From positions 8,525 to 72,524 of the forward strand of contig JBGTCK010000051.1 of assembly GCA_041748855.1 (NCBI GenBank): a DNA stretch of 64,000 nucleotides, given 5' to 3'. The position numbers and the translations under genes were made by a program. Shown in pieces: positions 63,621 to 64,000 of this stretch; position 1 is the first letter of the stretch, and the number at the start of each line of letters is the position of its first letter. The DNA comes from Acidimicrobiia bacterium. Lineage in GTDB: Bacteria > Actinomycetota > Acidimicrobiia > Spongiisociales > ZC4RG35. The notes below the pieces were generated by a model. The model worked only from the letters and a program-made list of their open reading frames with translations. It made no database searches and was not told where the DNA came from.

Positions 63621-63658
63621 ACAATATCGGTTGAGAATCATCCGTCAAGGTATTAAAC
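63621..63658 (-). promoter_or_regulatory. putative whiB7 promoter with adjacent AT-rich (AT-hook) site
   Basis: On the minus strand, GTTTAATA (AT-rich) is followed by CC, the -35 TTGACG, a 16-nt spacer and the -10 TATTGT. This is the architecture known for autoregulated whiB7 promoters. Confidence 0.45.
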
Positions 63659-63694
63659 GAATTCGGTGAGCACTTAAATGGGTTGCCAACAACG

Positions 63695-64000
63695 ATGAGC
63701 AACTACCTCGAGCTGGTCGACTACCGAAGCCAGGTCGCCGATCTCTACGGCGCCGTCCGCCGTTCGGAGCCATCTCAGTCGACCTGGAAGTCCTGGCGCC
63801 GATCGCGGGACCGCCTTTTTGCAACCCACCCCCAGTCTCCGATCGAAGACAGAGAGGCATTTGCCTCGCTCCCCTTTTTCGCATACGGGCCCGAATGGCG
63901 CACAGCAGGCGTGTTCCGGCCCGACGAAGATGACGAGGTCGATGTGGTCAACTCGGGAAACGACACCACCATGTTCACCAGGATTGGTGGAGTCGAGTTC
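63695..64000 (+). CDS. DUF1684 domain protein (partial; continues beyond the window)
   Basis: Open frame from the ATG at 63695 to the window end: MSNYLELVDYRSQVADLYGAVRR...WKSWRRSRDRLFATHPQSPI...LPFFAYGPEWR. The pattern is typical of DUF1684. Not in the ORF track because no stop lies within the window. Confidence 0.6.
   Translation, partial: MSNYLELVDYRSQVADLYGAVRRSEPSQSTWKSWRRSRDRLFATHPQSPIEDREAFASLPFFAYGPEWRTAGVFRPDEDDEVDVVNSGNDTTMFTRIGGVEF

Noticed and set aside
1-64000. CRISPR arrays, rRNA genes, tmRNA, intact IS elements, prophage or toxin-antitoxin/restriction-type defence modules
   Set aside because: No short-spaced direct repeat arrays, no rRNA-like conserved blocks and no tmRNA tag or acceptor motifs were seen. 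No transposase, integrase or phage-structural genes were recognised among the translated ORFs.

Overview
High-GC chromosomal segment with Actinomycetota hallmarks: a WhiB7-type regulator with an AT-hook, DUF3040, an F420-type LLM oxidoreductase, a mycobacterial-type TCGAAC-N4-GTTCGA SOS box, a DnaQ/GIY-YIG fusion, many ATGA gene overlaps and apparently leaderless starts. Most of it is core metabolism. It holds MerR/DUF3040/dinB, fabD-fabH-fabG-acpP, threonine aldolase plus an aminotransferase, and a tightly coupled SRPBCC-ArsA/Get3-small protein-DUF1232 operon. It also holds an OpuC-type osmoprotectant ABC transporter, a complete argCJBDFRGH operon, a complete System I cytochrome c maturation cluster (ccmABCDEFHG), Nif3-DUF164, tRNA-Val, a sigma-70 factor and whiB7.

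Observations beyond routine annotation:
1. A TlpA-like lipoprotein gene is interrupted only by an in-frame TGA at the first Cys of its CxxC motif, with a SECIS-like hairpin just downstream. It is a candidate selenoprotein.
2. RNase P RNA (rnpB) has its last ~25 nt plus terminator duplicated as a 69-bp direct repeat 3.4 kb away. The repeats bracket a decayed, integrase-less island of SRPBCC, LuxR-hydrolase and gene remnants.
3. An unannotated ~164-bp MITE-like element with ~19-bp terminal inverted repeats occurs three times. One copy carries a nested double hairpin, and two copies supply the last codons and stop of host genes.
4. whiB7 has a complete leader: an AT-rich site plus promoter, a 37-codon uORF, and an antiterminator/terminator pair.

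No CRISPR array, rRNA, intact IS, prophage or recognisable defence system was seen. All functional calls rest on motif and family recognition by eye; no searches were run.
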